The translations under genes and the position numbers were made by a program. This document shows, in pieces, positions 1 to 7,865 of a DNA stretch of 64,000 nt. The notes under the pieces were generated by a model. It did not search any database. It worked only from the letters and a program-made list of their open reading frames with translations, and was not told where the DNA came from. Within the stretch, counting starts at the first letter, position 1, and each line of letters opens with the position of its first letter. The DNA comes from a virus, in IMG/VR virus record IMGVR_UViG_3300037851_000757, positions 714 through 64,713 of that record, one strand, 5' to 3'.

Positions 1-306
1 AATAGATAGGATAGCATTTTTGGCAAGTATGACTTCACCAGTATCAAGGCATATTTCATCCTTGAACTTTTCGTCGCTTAACTCAATTCGCTTTTCATAG
101 TGCCGTCTTGCGTCGATACTTTTCTCGAATACAAGACGTTTAAAAATAGCCGTTAAATTGGCATTATCGCCATAGTCGGAAACCAGCATTTCAGCGATAG
201 CGTCATGCATAGCGTCTTGATATGAAAGATTTTCTGTTGACTTGATTTTTCCATACTTACGGAAAAATTTTTCATACACCTGAATTTTTTCTTCTTTCGT
301 TTTCAT
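1..306 (-). CDS. Sigma-70/ECF-like factor, region 2-like part; runs off the left edge and is absent from the ORF track
   Basis: Manual translation from ATG 306 (AGGAG upstream) gives MKTKEEKIQVYEKFFRKYG...YQDAMHDAIAEML...FKRLVFEKSIDARRHYEKR, open to position 1. The pattern resembles ECF sigma region 2 (EDxxQD...F..W..RI..N..ID..R). Confidence 0.45.
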   Translation of the reverse strand, partial: MKTKEEKIQVYEKFFRKYGKIKSTENLSYQDAMHDAIAEMLVSDYGDNANLTAIFKRLVFEKSIDARRHYEKRIELSDEKFKDEICLDTGEVILAKNAILSI

Positions 307-413
307 TGGCTTTTCTCCTATAGGTTAGAGTTAGGTGCAAAACTAGAATCAAACTATCACCTTTAAAGAACCAAGTCAAGCGAAAAAGTTACAAGAAATA
401 AAAATATTTTTTT

Positions 414-443
414 TGTAACTTTCAGCCATAGTTAAACGCATAT
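414..443 (+). promoter_or_regulatory. 30-bp element TGTAACTTT-N5-ATAGTTAAACGCATAT, copy 1
   Basis: Matches the reverse complement of 10811-10840, with a 16-bp exact core and a 9-bp exact flank. Confidence 0.55.
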
Positions 444-682
444 GTTTTGAAAGCGAAAAAGTTATTCGCTTTTATAGACGAAAGTCAACCTAAAAAATTG
501 ACTATGGTCTATAGCACAATCGGCCCGGTATTAAAAATCGGCCGCCGTAGGGATACGGTTAGGTTGGCGGTTTAAAACTGAAAAACCGTTAGATAATAAT
601 GCTGGATACTATCCCTCTTGACCCCGATGCATTATTATCGAAGTCCCGTCTATATCCTGAGTCGCCAGAATCGGAGGTTTCT

Positions 683-901
683 ATGTTTCAAAAAATCCGA
701 TGGATACTCGGAGAGAATGTCAAACGCAATGATGTTATGTATGTAACCATTGATGGTATCGCGTTTACGTTGAACGGTATCGAAGCAATGATTCATAACC
801 TTCGACGCCGCAATGAGGAACTTGAGCTATCACTCAAGATAGCTCAGAACGCCTACCTTCGAGCTTCTGGTCATACCTTCAAAAAAATCGCCATCTCATA
901 A
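683..901 (+). CDS. Hypothetical protein with a C-terminal coiled coil
   Basis: Track ORF 599..901; GGAGGT precedes ATG 683 (MFQKI), the likely start. Confidence 0.6.
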   Translation: MFQKIRWILGENVKRNDVMYVTIDGIAFTLNGIEAMIHNLRRRNEELELSLKIAQNAYLRASGHTFKKIAIS

Positions 902-948
902 TGATTTTAAAATCATTCCGGCGACTCAGAATATAGACGGGATCGATT

Positions 949-973
949 TTGGCACCCAATAGATGGCCTCTCC
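949..973 (+). repeat. Left arm of a 25-bp inverted repeat flanking ParB-like gene 1
   Basis: TTGGCACCCAATAGATGGCCTCTCC is a 24/25 match to the reverse complement of 2212-2236. Confidence 0.85.
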
Positions 974-1012
974 AAAATGATTCTTAACATCTATCAAATT
1001 GGAGGTTCCACA

Positions 1013-2188
1013 ATGAAAGAGTATACATCAGCACTCCTTCCGATGAAGGCCATCTACATGGGGCGGAACGTCAGACTTCCGGCCTTGATGAAAATCGCGG
1101 AACTGGCGGCTGATATCGCGGAGAATGGCTTACTCACCCCGATTTTGGTCTATGAAGTGAAACCGAGGGGTTTCGAAGTCATTCAAGGCCATCGGCGGCT
1201 GCACTCCATTCAATCGTTGGCGGAGGAAGCCTTCGAGAAGCACTTCTCAAGAGGAATTCCGGTGACTGTCGTAACCGGCGTTACCTATGACGAGGCGCAG
1301 TTGATGAAGGTCGATCATGGCAACGAAGTCGGCCTCTCCGATCCGATGGAAATCCAACTTTGCGGGAATATCCTCTTCTCGCAGGGCAAATCGGAAAAGG
1401 AAGCAGTTATTCGCCTGGCGGCTCTGATGGATAGAATTAAGCCCATGAAGAGCGAGAAGCTGAAGAAGTACCAGACAATGCTGGCCGACGCCAAGCTGCT
1501 CACCATCAAGGGAATGACCGAGGAAGCAAAGGCCAAGCTGAAGGATGCCGAGGATTTCCTGTTCAACTACCGGCGCGGGTATATCCAGAACATTCACAAT
1601 GCCTGGAGATGCCCCACGGTGGTCATGGCGGCCTTGTACCTGAAAGCAACTGGCACGGCTCCTGAGAAGGGAACGGATTTCTTCACCGAGCAGAAGCTGC
1701 CCAAGGGGATTACTTACCAGCACGTCACGTCTCTTTGGAAGGCTTTTGAGAAGGATCTCACCCACAAGGATGAGACTGGGAAGCTGAAGTACAACAAGAC
1801 GCTGCCCGGTCCAGACTTTACCGCCAAGTGGAATGAGATCTGCACGGAGCTGAACAAAGCGGCCGAAGATTCCGAGAGCGGAGGAACTCGCGCCAAGGCG
1901 ATGTCGGCCGGTGACATGGAGAAGGAGTTGACGGAAGGAAAATGGCAGTCAAACGGCTTCCAGATGCTCACCCGCCATCACCGGAAAGAAGAAGGCGTTG
2001 ATACGGCCCGCCTCATGGCTCTGGACAAACTGGCCTTCCTGGCCGAGCTGTTGTCCGAGCGCGCTCCGAAAGAATGGGCCGACGCCGTGGAACTGGCCGA
2101 GGGCATCATCAAGATCCAGACCGAAGCCCAGACGCAAGCGGTTAGAGTGGAAGCTCCTGCAAGGGCTTCCGGTGGCAAGAAGAAATAA
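1013..2188 (+). CDS. ParB N-terminal (ParB/Srx fold) domain protein 1
   Basis: LAADIAENGLLTPILV...EVIQGHRRL motifs. GGAGG precedes ATG 1013 (track start 977). The C-terminal part is unrecognised. Confidence 0.8.
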   Translation: MKEYTSALLPMKAIYMGRNVRLPALMKIAELAADIAENGLLTPILVYEVKPRGFEVIQGHRRLHSIQSLAEEAFEKHFSRGIPVTVVTGVTYDEAQLMKVDHGNEVGLSDPMEIQLCGNILFSQGKSEKEAVIRLAALMDRIKPMKSEKLKKYQTMLADAKLLTIKGMTEEAKAKLKDAEDFLFNYRRGYIQNIHNAWRCPTVVMAALYLKATGTAPEKGTDFFTEQKLPKGITYQHVTSLWKAFEKDLTHKDETGKLKYNKTLPGPDFTAKWNEICTELNKAAEDSESGGTRAKAMSAGDMEKELTEGKWQSNGFQMLTRHHRKEEGVDTARLMALDKLAFLAELLSERAPKEWADAVELAEGIIKIQTEAQTQAVRVEAPARASGGKKK

Positions 2189-2211
2189 GCAGTTGATTCG
2201 GTAAATCAACC

Positions 2212-2241
2212 GGAGAGGCCATCTCTTGGGTGCCAAGATCC
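2212..2241 (-). repeat. Right arm of the inverted repeat; 2229-2241 is also complementary to 2506-2518
   Basis: GGAGAGGCCATCTCTTGGGTGCCAAGATCC read directly from the sequence. Confidence 0.85.
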
Positions 2242-2255
2242 AGAACGGAGAGCCT

Positions 2256-2462
2256 ATGGCAAATAGCATCGAAGTCTGCATCAAAACCTTTCTCGATGCC
2301 GAGAAGAAGGCAAAGATTGCAAACGATGAAGCCAAACGTGCCTTAAGAGACTTGATGGAAGTTGCGATTGATTATAGAGCAATTGGATTGCTCCAGCTCA
2401 ATCTTCCTGCTATCCGTCATCTTGAGAGGGACTTGTGGAGATTGTCCCAGGCTTCACAATAG
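2256..2462 (+). CDS. Small hypothetical protein
   Basis: Track ORF 2226..2462; GGAG precedes ATG 2256 (MANSIE). Confidence 0.6.
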   Translation: MANSIEVCIKTFLDAEKKAKIANDEAKRALRDLMEVAIDYRAIGLLQLNLPAIRHLERDLWRLSQASQ

Positions 2463-2617
2463 TAATGTTTCTTATCACGATAGTCGGGATGTTCCTATAA
2501 AAATCGGATCTTGGCACCTGTTATTTATAGCTTTTTAAAAAATAGCAGGACTGCGACCCCACGACTCCAGCAGTACTGCGCCCAAAAAATACCTCTTGAT
2601 TCTCAAATCAAACCTCC

Positions 2618-2648
2618 AGCGGCGGGCGTCGAGGGGTGCGCCGCTTTT
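2618..2648 (+). terminator. Possible intrinsic terminator of the rightward unit
   Basis: AGCGGCG...CGCCGCT stem followed by TTTT; the loop is long. Confidence 0.35.
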
Positions 2649-2996
2649 GGCTTCTTATAATGCGCCAGAATCGGGGCTGCGATTTTTAAACTACCTTTTG
2701 AAAAATTAATAAGGCGCGAGAGTGTGGCTGTGGGAAAAGAAAAACAGTTCTTTTAAACGAGATCTCCAGAATCAACATACCAGAATCAAAATCAAAGAGA
2801 TAGAACAGTAACATTTATTCAAAATGACAAAAAGTGTCTCACTAATATGAGACACCTTTTGCCAAAAAAGAGAAAAAACTCAACAAATTGATGCAGGTTT
2901 TTCGCCAATGTCTCACATTACTGGTCAATTTGAGACAATCTAACTTTCCTAATAATATCAGCAAGTTACCATTTTCTTACTAACTATTATAAAATT

Positions 2997-3023
2997 ATCT
3001 AATCTAATCTAATCTAATCTAAT
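2997..3023. repeat. (AATCT)n pentanucleotide tandem repeat in an AT-rich non-coding region
   Basis: ATCT AATCT AATCT AATCT AATCT AAT. Confidence 0.8.
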
Positions 3024-3206
3024 AAAAATATATATAGAGAATATAAATCCAGATAGTCTCAGAATCGGGTTTCCTAAGAATATCAGCGACTTAGCTATCT
3101 GGCAAGAAATTGCACGATAGAAAAATTTTCGGCGAAAACCTAAATCAATTTTTCGACTTTTTCCAAAAACTCGTCTAAAATTACTCAAATTTTTAATTAG
3201 AAAAAT

Positions 3207-3470
3207 TTAGAATCTAACAACCCAAACCTCCATCCACCCGGTTTTTTCCGGATCAAAAATGCCCTTCGGCACTTTTGTCCGAAAGATTTCCACAATCTCA
3301 GAAATGCCAAGAGCCTTTTTTGCAAAATTCTCGACATTCTCAGGCTTGGCGCTCGCCTTCATCCGAATGTATAGTTGCCGGTCATTTGCGTCGATGCGTT
3401 GAACCCACTTTTCCATCGTAAACACGCTCCTTGACAATCCCTCTGGTCTTGTCGTAGGTGTATTTTTCAA
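3207..3470 (-). CDS. Hypothetical protein
   Basis: Last ORF of the leftward arm; the true start may be an internal Met. Confidence 0.5.
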   Translation of the reverse strand: MKNTPTTRPEGLSRSVFTMEKWVQRIDANDRQLYIRMKASAKPENVENFAKKALGISEIVEIFRTKVPKGIFDPEKTGWMEVWVVRF

Positions 3471-3639
3471 CTACTGTCCCCTTGCTGTAGACCCTCACCT
3501 TCTCGACTCCCGACGATCCCATTCTATAATATTCCTGTTGAGCCGGCACCTCCCGTTTAACCTTAACTCGAATCGTTTCCGCGTAAAGACCTCCCGAAAC
3601 TCCAATGCTGATTCCCAAAATCAAGAAAAAGATCTTCAT
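3382..3639 (-). CDS. Small exported or membrane-anchored protein
   Basis: Hydrophobic N-terminus MKIFFLILGISIGVSGGLYA; GGAGG SD; start overlaps the upstream stop. Confidence 0.6.
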   Translation of the reverse strand: MKIFFLILGISIGVSGGLYAETIRVKVKREVPAQQEYYRMGSSGVEKVRVYSKGTVVEKYTYDKTRGIVKERVYDGKVGSTHRRK

Positions 3640-4547
3640 AAAACCTCCAGCAATGCCGAATGCTTGTAGAGATTATCGAGAGCCTGTTGTTTCAGACTGT
3701 CTAAAACAACCCCCGATTTACAGGCTTCCCAAATAGACTGTATTCTTTTCCACAGGCCTATCTGAAATCCCTCAGAAATAGTGTTTCGATGAGACGCCAC
3801 TCTTATTACTGGAAACTGTCCTCCTCCCCTACAGCAAAGTTGGTGAACGGTTGTTAGAAATTCAGAGCCGACAGGGGTCCCAAGTATCCAAGAGTAAATG
3901 CTTAGTTGCGTCGCCCATGATTTATCAACATCTTCTAAAGGAAACGAAGAGACCATCAGCCCGTACCTCATTTTGGGCATCACGTCTTTATGGAAGCCCC
4001 GACGCTCGCCAGCATCATAAAGCTCCATGTACCCTTTTCGAGGAGAGGTAGTCTTAGAAGACATATACCCATTGACTTTCCAATCATGAACGATCTTACA
4101 CCCCGCCCGATTCTTGTAAAAAATATCAGGCTTTCCTAAAAGTACGACCCCGGCTTCCTCCTTTGTGTGCGCCACGCGATTCTCGATTTGAAACTCAAAA
4201 CGAGGCGTATCTTCCGCTCCTTGTAAGTCAAGCAAGAGATCTGCCAATGCCCCGGATTTCCGGTAGCACTCAAAAGCCCAGGCTCCATTTTGCATCGCCC
4301 AGTCTCTATTATGGCTCTCTACTTGATTTTCGAAAATCTCAACAAAGTCGAAACCGCGTAAGCTACCAAATAGAGAGCGCGTTAAAAAGCTCTTGACATA
4401 GGCATCAAAAGCAGCTCCAATAGCCATTGCTTGAGTTTGAGGAGTCCGAGGCGGACGAAAATCTGCAAGATACTGTAAATAAAATGCTTCTCGATCATCC
4501 TCCCATAACATAATTGCTGTGGGTGACAGGTAACGAATTTCCTTCAT
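3636..4547 (-). CDS. PD-(D/E)XK nuclease-family exonuclease
   Basis: YLSPTAI...C/D-x-FYLQY-type N-terminus, LLGKPD...IVHDWK catalytic pattern and QLSIY motif. Confidence 0.75.
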   Translation of the reverse strand: MKEIRYLSPTAIMLWEDDREAFYLQYLADFRPPRTPQTQAMAIGAAFDAYVKSFLTRSLFGSLRGFDFVEIFENQVESHNRDWAMQNGAWAFECYRKSGALADLLLDLQGAEDTPRFEFQIENRVAHTKEEAGVVLLGKPDIFYKNRAGCKIVHDWKVNGYMSSKTTSPRKGYMELYDAGERRGFHKDVMPKMRYGLMVSSFPLEDVDKSWATQLSIYSWILGTPVGSEFLTTVHQLCCRGGGQFPVIRVASHRNTISEGFQIGLWKRIQSIWEACKSGVVLDSLKQQALDNLYKHSALLEVL

Positions 4548-4834
4548 TTTATTCTCCTCCGAAGAATTTCAAGTTGTTCCTCCGCTTCCCCTATTCCTTT
4601 CTTTATCTGCTTCTTCAAGATTCCGAGTTCCGACTCTTCAATTTGTCGATTTACAGAATCAAGACGAGCAAGCAGGTTCATAATATGTTGCCAATGAGAC
4701 TTTAGTTCTGCTGCCCCTATATGCCCTTTGCAGATGTAACTCCCAGGCTCCAGATAGATCTCTGCTTCCTCACTTCCACAAAGAGCGCACAAAAAAGAAG
4801 TTTTTAGTTTGTCGATTTTTTGTTCGTTGTCCAT
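4544..4834 (-). CDS. Hypothetical protein with a Cys/His Zn-finger-like segment and a coiled coil
   Basis: CALC...CKGH followed by heptad-rich sequence. Confidence 0.6.
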   Translation of the reverse strand: MDNEQKIDKLKTSFLCALCGSEEAEIYLEPGSYICKGHIGAAELKSHWQHIMNLLARLDSVNRQIEESELGILKKQIKKGIGEAEEQLEILRRRIK

Positions 4835-5390
4835 CCAAGGTCTCCCGAATCTTATATTTCTTTAAGTGTTCGATAATTTCAAACCATTGTGTGTTGATTT
4901 CGATAATCAGTTTTTCTACCTTCCGTAGCTTCACCCCCATTCCCTGGAGAACTGCATATTCTCCATAGTCAACATCAATTTTTATATAGTCTGGACCAGC
5001 AAGAGGAATATGGTCCCCTCGATAAACGAGCACTTTACCTTGTCCGGTCCCGACTACACCCCCGCTTCTCCCTGCTTCATTCTGGTGAGTAAATGCCTGT
5101 ATTTCTGTTCGCTCCCCTAAAGCTACTGATAAACACTCAACCTGTTCTTCCATATTATTGATTTTAACATTATAGCAAAGAGCTTCATAATTCTTGAGAT
5201 CAGGTTCAAAAGCTACAACTTTCACACCCCGTAACGCTGCATATATCGAATAAATGCCGATATTTGCACCAACGTCCCAGAAAATTTTCTTGGGCTTCAG
5301 GCTGTTTAGCCACGCGATTGTTTCGGGTTCTTTTGTGTAGAGAGTTTCAAGCCTCCACCGCTCCCATTCATTTGATGTCCGAATCTTCAT
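4770..5390 (-). CDS. FkbM-family SAM-dependent methyltransferase
   Basis: FWDVGANIGIYS, VVAFEPD, IKIDVDYGEYAVLQG and LIIE motifs. Confidence 0.85.
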   Translation of the reverse strand: MKIRTSNEWERWRLETLYTKEPETIAWLNSLKPKKIFWDVGANIGIYSIYAALRGVKVVAFEPDLKNYEALCYNVKINNMEEQVECLSVALGERTEIQAFTHQNEAGRSGGVVGTGQGKVLVYRGDHIPLAGPDYIKIDVDYGEYAVLQGMGVKLRKVEKLIIEINTQWFEIIEHLKKYKIRETLDGQRTKNRQTKNFFFVRSLWK

Positions 5391-5615
5391 TCAATTCGGC
5401 TCCTTCCATCGTTCCCCAAATGGGATTACGTTACTTGCTAAAATAGCACAAACTCGTCCATCACTCTCCCACTGAATTCGATACCACTTTTTTCCTGATA
5501 ACTCAAATTCTCCTACTACCCTCCCGCGTTCATTAACAGTTTCATAATCATAAATACCACAGCTCCGACAAAAGGCTGCTTTTTTTACTACAACCATCCC
5601 TACCTCCTTTGGCAT
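5391..5615 (-). CDS. Hypothetical protein
   Basis: Tightly packed in the operon. Confidence 0.55.
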   Translation of the reverse strand: MPKEVGMVVVKKAAFCRSCGIYDYETVNERGRVVGEFELSGKKWYRIQWESDGRVCAILASNVIPFGERWKEPN

Positions 5616-5813
5616 TTAGAAATCACACCCCTTTTCAATCTTATCAGCACAAGAGTTGCAGTAAGCATAATCGGGACGGATTTTCACAATCCTACCACAC
5701 CCCTGACACTTTTTTCGAACAGACTCGCGCTGTACTTTATGATAAAAGTCTTGCATATCAGGGTCGTCCATCCCTTCCCAATGGCCAAAATTATCATCAT
5801 AGTAGGTAGGCAT
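5616..5813 (-). CDS. Small Zn-ribbon protein
   Basis: CQGC...CNSC. Confidence 0.65.
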   Translation of the reverse strand: MPTYYDDNFGHWEGMDDPDMQDFYHKVQRESVRKKCQGCGRIVKIRPDYAYCNSCADKIEKGCDF

Positions 5814-6268
5814 TAGTCACACACCCATTCCATAATTTCTGCATATTTCCCAGTTCCACGTTGACGGCATCCACCACCTGTTCTCATTTGAACTTCAATA
5901 ACAAGTTGATATCCAACATCTTCAGGATAAGTATAATACCAGTAAATATGATCCCTCATTTTGGCTGGATACTCTGTTTCTTTTAATCCTTCTTCTTCAT
6001 AAAGGATTTCGTCAATCAAAATTAGAGCTTCTCGAAGAGGATGTTTTCCTTCATCCGATCTTAAAGAAACAGTAACATGGGTCGCGCCAGCATGATAGCT
6101 AATATGAGCAGTCCCAGACTCAAACTCCTCATATTTTTTAGCAACTAAGGTTGCCAGATTATAGAGCCTTCCAATACCAATAAGAGCCTGTCTCTCCTCT
6201 CGATGACTCTCTAAAATTCTTTTTTGAAGTTCAGCGTAATCTGGATTTCTCATTTTTCTTTCCTCCAA
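5813..6268 (-). CDS. Hypothetical protein
   Basis: Operon packing; GGAGG lies near the second Met. Confidence 0.6.
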   Translation of the reverse strand: MEERKMRNPDYAELQKRILESHREERQALIGIGRLYNLATLVAKKYEEFESGTAHISYHAGATHVTVSLRSDEGKHPLREALILIDEILYEEEGLKETEYPAKMRDHIYWYYTYPEDVGYQLVIEVQMRTGGGCRQRGTGKYAEIMEWVCD

Positions 6269-6428
6269 GAAGAAATAGAATCAATCCAATGAATAAAGCT
6301 TGAGAAGCAAGTAGTGGGTAGCTGTACCAAGCATCAATGATAGATAAATCAAGGTAATGGTAAAGGGCTGTCACCCCCCAAAAATTTAAGGTAAAAACTA
6401 TCCCACCAATCAATAATTTTTCTACCAT
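6231..6428 (-). CDS. Small two-TM membrane protein
   Basis: Two hydrophobic segments. Confidence 0.55.
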   Translation of the reverse strand: MVEKLLIGGIVFTLNFWGVTALYHYLDLSIIDAWYSYPLLASQALFIGLILFLLGGKKNEKSRLR

Positions 6429-6435
6429 ACCCCAC

Positions 6436-6747
6436 CTATTTAAGGATAAGTTTTAAAGCCTTTGCCCGAAGTTTCTCTACTCTCACTTCTAATTTGGAGA
6501 TTCGAGCAGCCAATGCCTTGTACTTAAGGATTTGACTCTCAGTTAATATTGGCTTTTTCTCATTCATAATATTTTGGATCTCCTCTAATGTGTAGACCTT
6601 TACCTTGCCTCGGGTTTCTGCTCTTGGTCTAAATCGAACAGGAACCCGCCGGACACTTTTTGAAATAGTACTTTCTTTTACAATCTCTTTAATGTCCGGG
6701 TCATGAGTCTCTAAAGGCAAACCGTTTAAGGTTACACCTTTAATCAT
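6436..6747 (-). CDS. Hypothetical protein
   Basis: GGAGG SD upstream; C-terminal coiled coil. Confidence 0.65.
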   Translation of the reverse strand: MIKGVTLNGLPLETHDPDIKEIVKESTISKSVRRVPVRFRPRAETRGKVKVYTLEEIQNIMNEKKPILTESQILKYKALAARISKLEVRVEKLRAKALKLILK

Positions 6748-6759
6748 TTTCTCTTCCTC

Positions 6760-7140
6760 CTAAAAGAAGTTCAAGATTGTTGGAATCATTACACGTTGTC
6801 CACATCCATCACACTTAAATTTGCCATGAGCATCATACTCCAGTGTCCTTGGTTCATTGCAACTTGGACACGCAATTGTTCGACATCCATTCGTCATGGC
6901 TTCTTCAAAATACTCGACAGTTGCCTCCTCAATGCCGAGGGCTATAGGTTTCTTGTAGTTTCGATTTGAAGGAGTTCTTTTAATAAATTTTGTTCCAAGA
7001 TACGTTGAAAACTCTCCTTTCTTTAGGCATTCTCCACAAACAAATGCCCAACGTCCAGAGTTAGCTAAAGGAACATCATAGGATGCCTCTTTTCCACAAA
7101 AATTACAATCTGGACACTCTTTCACAAAAAGTTCTTTCAT
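6760..7140 (-). CDS. Hypothetical protein with two Zn-ribbons
   Basis: CNFC..CGEC and CPSC..CDGC. AGGAGG precedes ATG 7140 (track start 7206). Confidence 0.7.
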   Translation of the reverse strand: MKELFVKECPDCNFCGKEASYDVPLANSGRWAFVCGECLKKGEFSTYLGTKFIKRTPSNRNYKKPIALGIEEATVEYFEEAMTNGCRTIACPSCNEPRTLEYDAHGKFKCDGCGQRVMIPTILNFF

Positions 7141-7302
7141 ATCACCTCCTTTCGTGGATGTTCTATTGAGCACAGAATCTGAATTCTGTGCTCTAACAAC
7201 ATCCACCCTGAAATAGGAAGTCGTTAATTTTCCGATTTTGAAAATCGGCGGTGTTTACCAGCCTACAGGGGCCTTCGCCCTGCGCCAGCGATAGATTGTA
7301 TT

Positions 7303-7476
7303 TTAAGACAAAGCTCTGGAAATTCGTTCGCGTTCGGCCCGAAGTCGAATAACTTCAGTTTCAAGTTTCTTGATTTTGGCTTCCAGCTTAGGGACTTGCT
7401 CTGCGACAGTGAGGGAAACTCTAAGATCCTCTGCTTCATCGCGAAGCCGCTCAATACATTGAACAAGATCATCCAT
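7303..7476 (-). CDS. Small coiled-coil protein (57 aa, not in the track)
   Basis: Manual translation MDDLVQCIERLRDEAEDLRVSLTVAEQVPKLEAKIKKLETEVIRLRAERERISRALS with a GGAG SD. Confidence 0.65.
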   Translation of the reverse strand: MDDLVQCIERLRDEAEDLRVSLTVAEQVPKLEAKIKKLETEVIRLRAERERISRALS

Positions 7477-7621
7477 AGTATTCTCCTTTCATTCTTTTTT
7501 CGTATTTCTCTTCTCTTTTAAGATAAGCTAATGCCTTCCCTCTGTTGTATTTGAGCATTTTTAGAAATTCTAAGATTTTAGCATCATCTAAAAAATACTC
7601 ATAGATTCTATTTGAGATCAT
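7469..7621 (-). CDS. Small hypothetical protein
   Basis: C-terminal part of track ORF 7469..7717; the Met at 7621 is coupled to the upstream stop. Confidence 0.45.
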   Translation of the reverse strand: MISNRIYEYFLDDAKILEFLKMLKYNRGKALAYLKREEKYEKRMKGEYYG

Positions 7622-7865
7622 CAGAAGTATCTGTCCTTTTGTGTGGCACAGAACCTTCACTGAAAAATCGGTAGTCTTCGAGGTTTGGCGCAATATGGAA
7701 TCTTGGGTAGATTTCAATTGGAATGGCCTCCGAGACTATTTTAAGATTGTTGAGTTGGCGTTCAAAGTCAAGAAGAACTTCTGGAAGCCGGTTAATTTCT
7801 GTGTCTTCCATTCCTCGAAGAACCACACTGATTGTTGCGGGCATTGTGATTTTCCTAATCTTCAT
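7608..7865 (-). CDS. Hypothetical protein
   Basis: GGAGAG precedes ATG 7865 (MKIRK). Confidence 0.55.
   Translation of the reverse strand: MKIRKITMPATISVVLRGMEDTEINRLPEVLLDFERQLNNLKIVSEAIPIEIYPRFHIAPNLEDYRFFSEGSVPHKRTDTSDDLK

Noticed and set aside
949-2236. IS element with terminal inverted repeats
   Set aside because: The enclosed gene has no transposase motif and no target-site duplication is visible. Kept only as an unexplained bracket.
1247-2335. Antisense ORFs over ParB1 (1247..1765, 1315..1566, 1714..1971, 1949..2335 and others)
   Set aside because: Shadow frames of a GC-rich gene, with no SD or recognisable motifs. The same applies to 21761..22924, 49497..50846 and 59376..60064.
663-2674. 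Exact 2000-bp spacing of the two CGCCAGAATCGG copies
   Set aside because: The round-number spacing has no mechanistic meaning; treated as coincidence.
3636-4547. Cas4/CRISPR association of the PD-(D/E)XK nuclease
   Set aside because: No cas1/cas2 or array; this nuclease family is common in phages.
7263-7472. Track ORF MILFNVLSGF...
   Set aside because: A different frame (7303..7476) has an SD and a coherent coiled-coil sequence.
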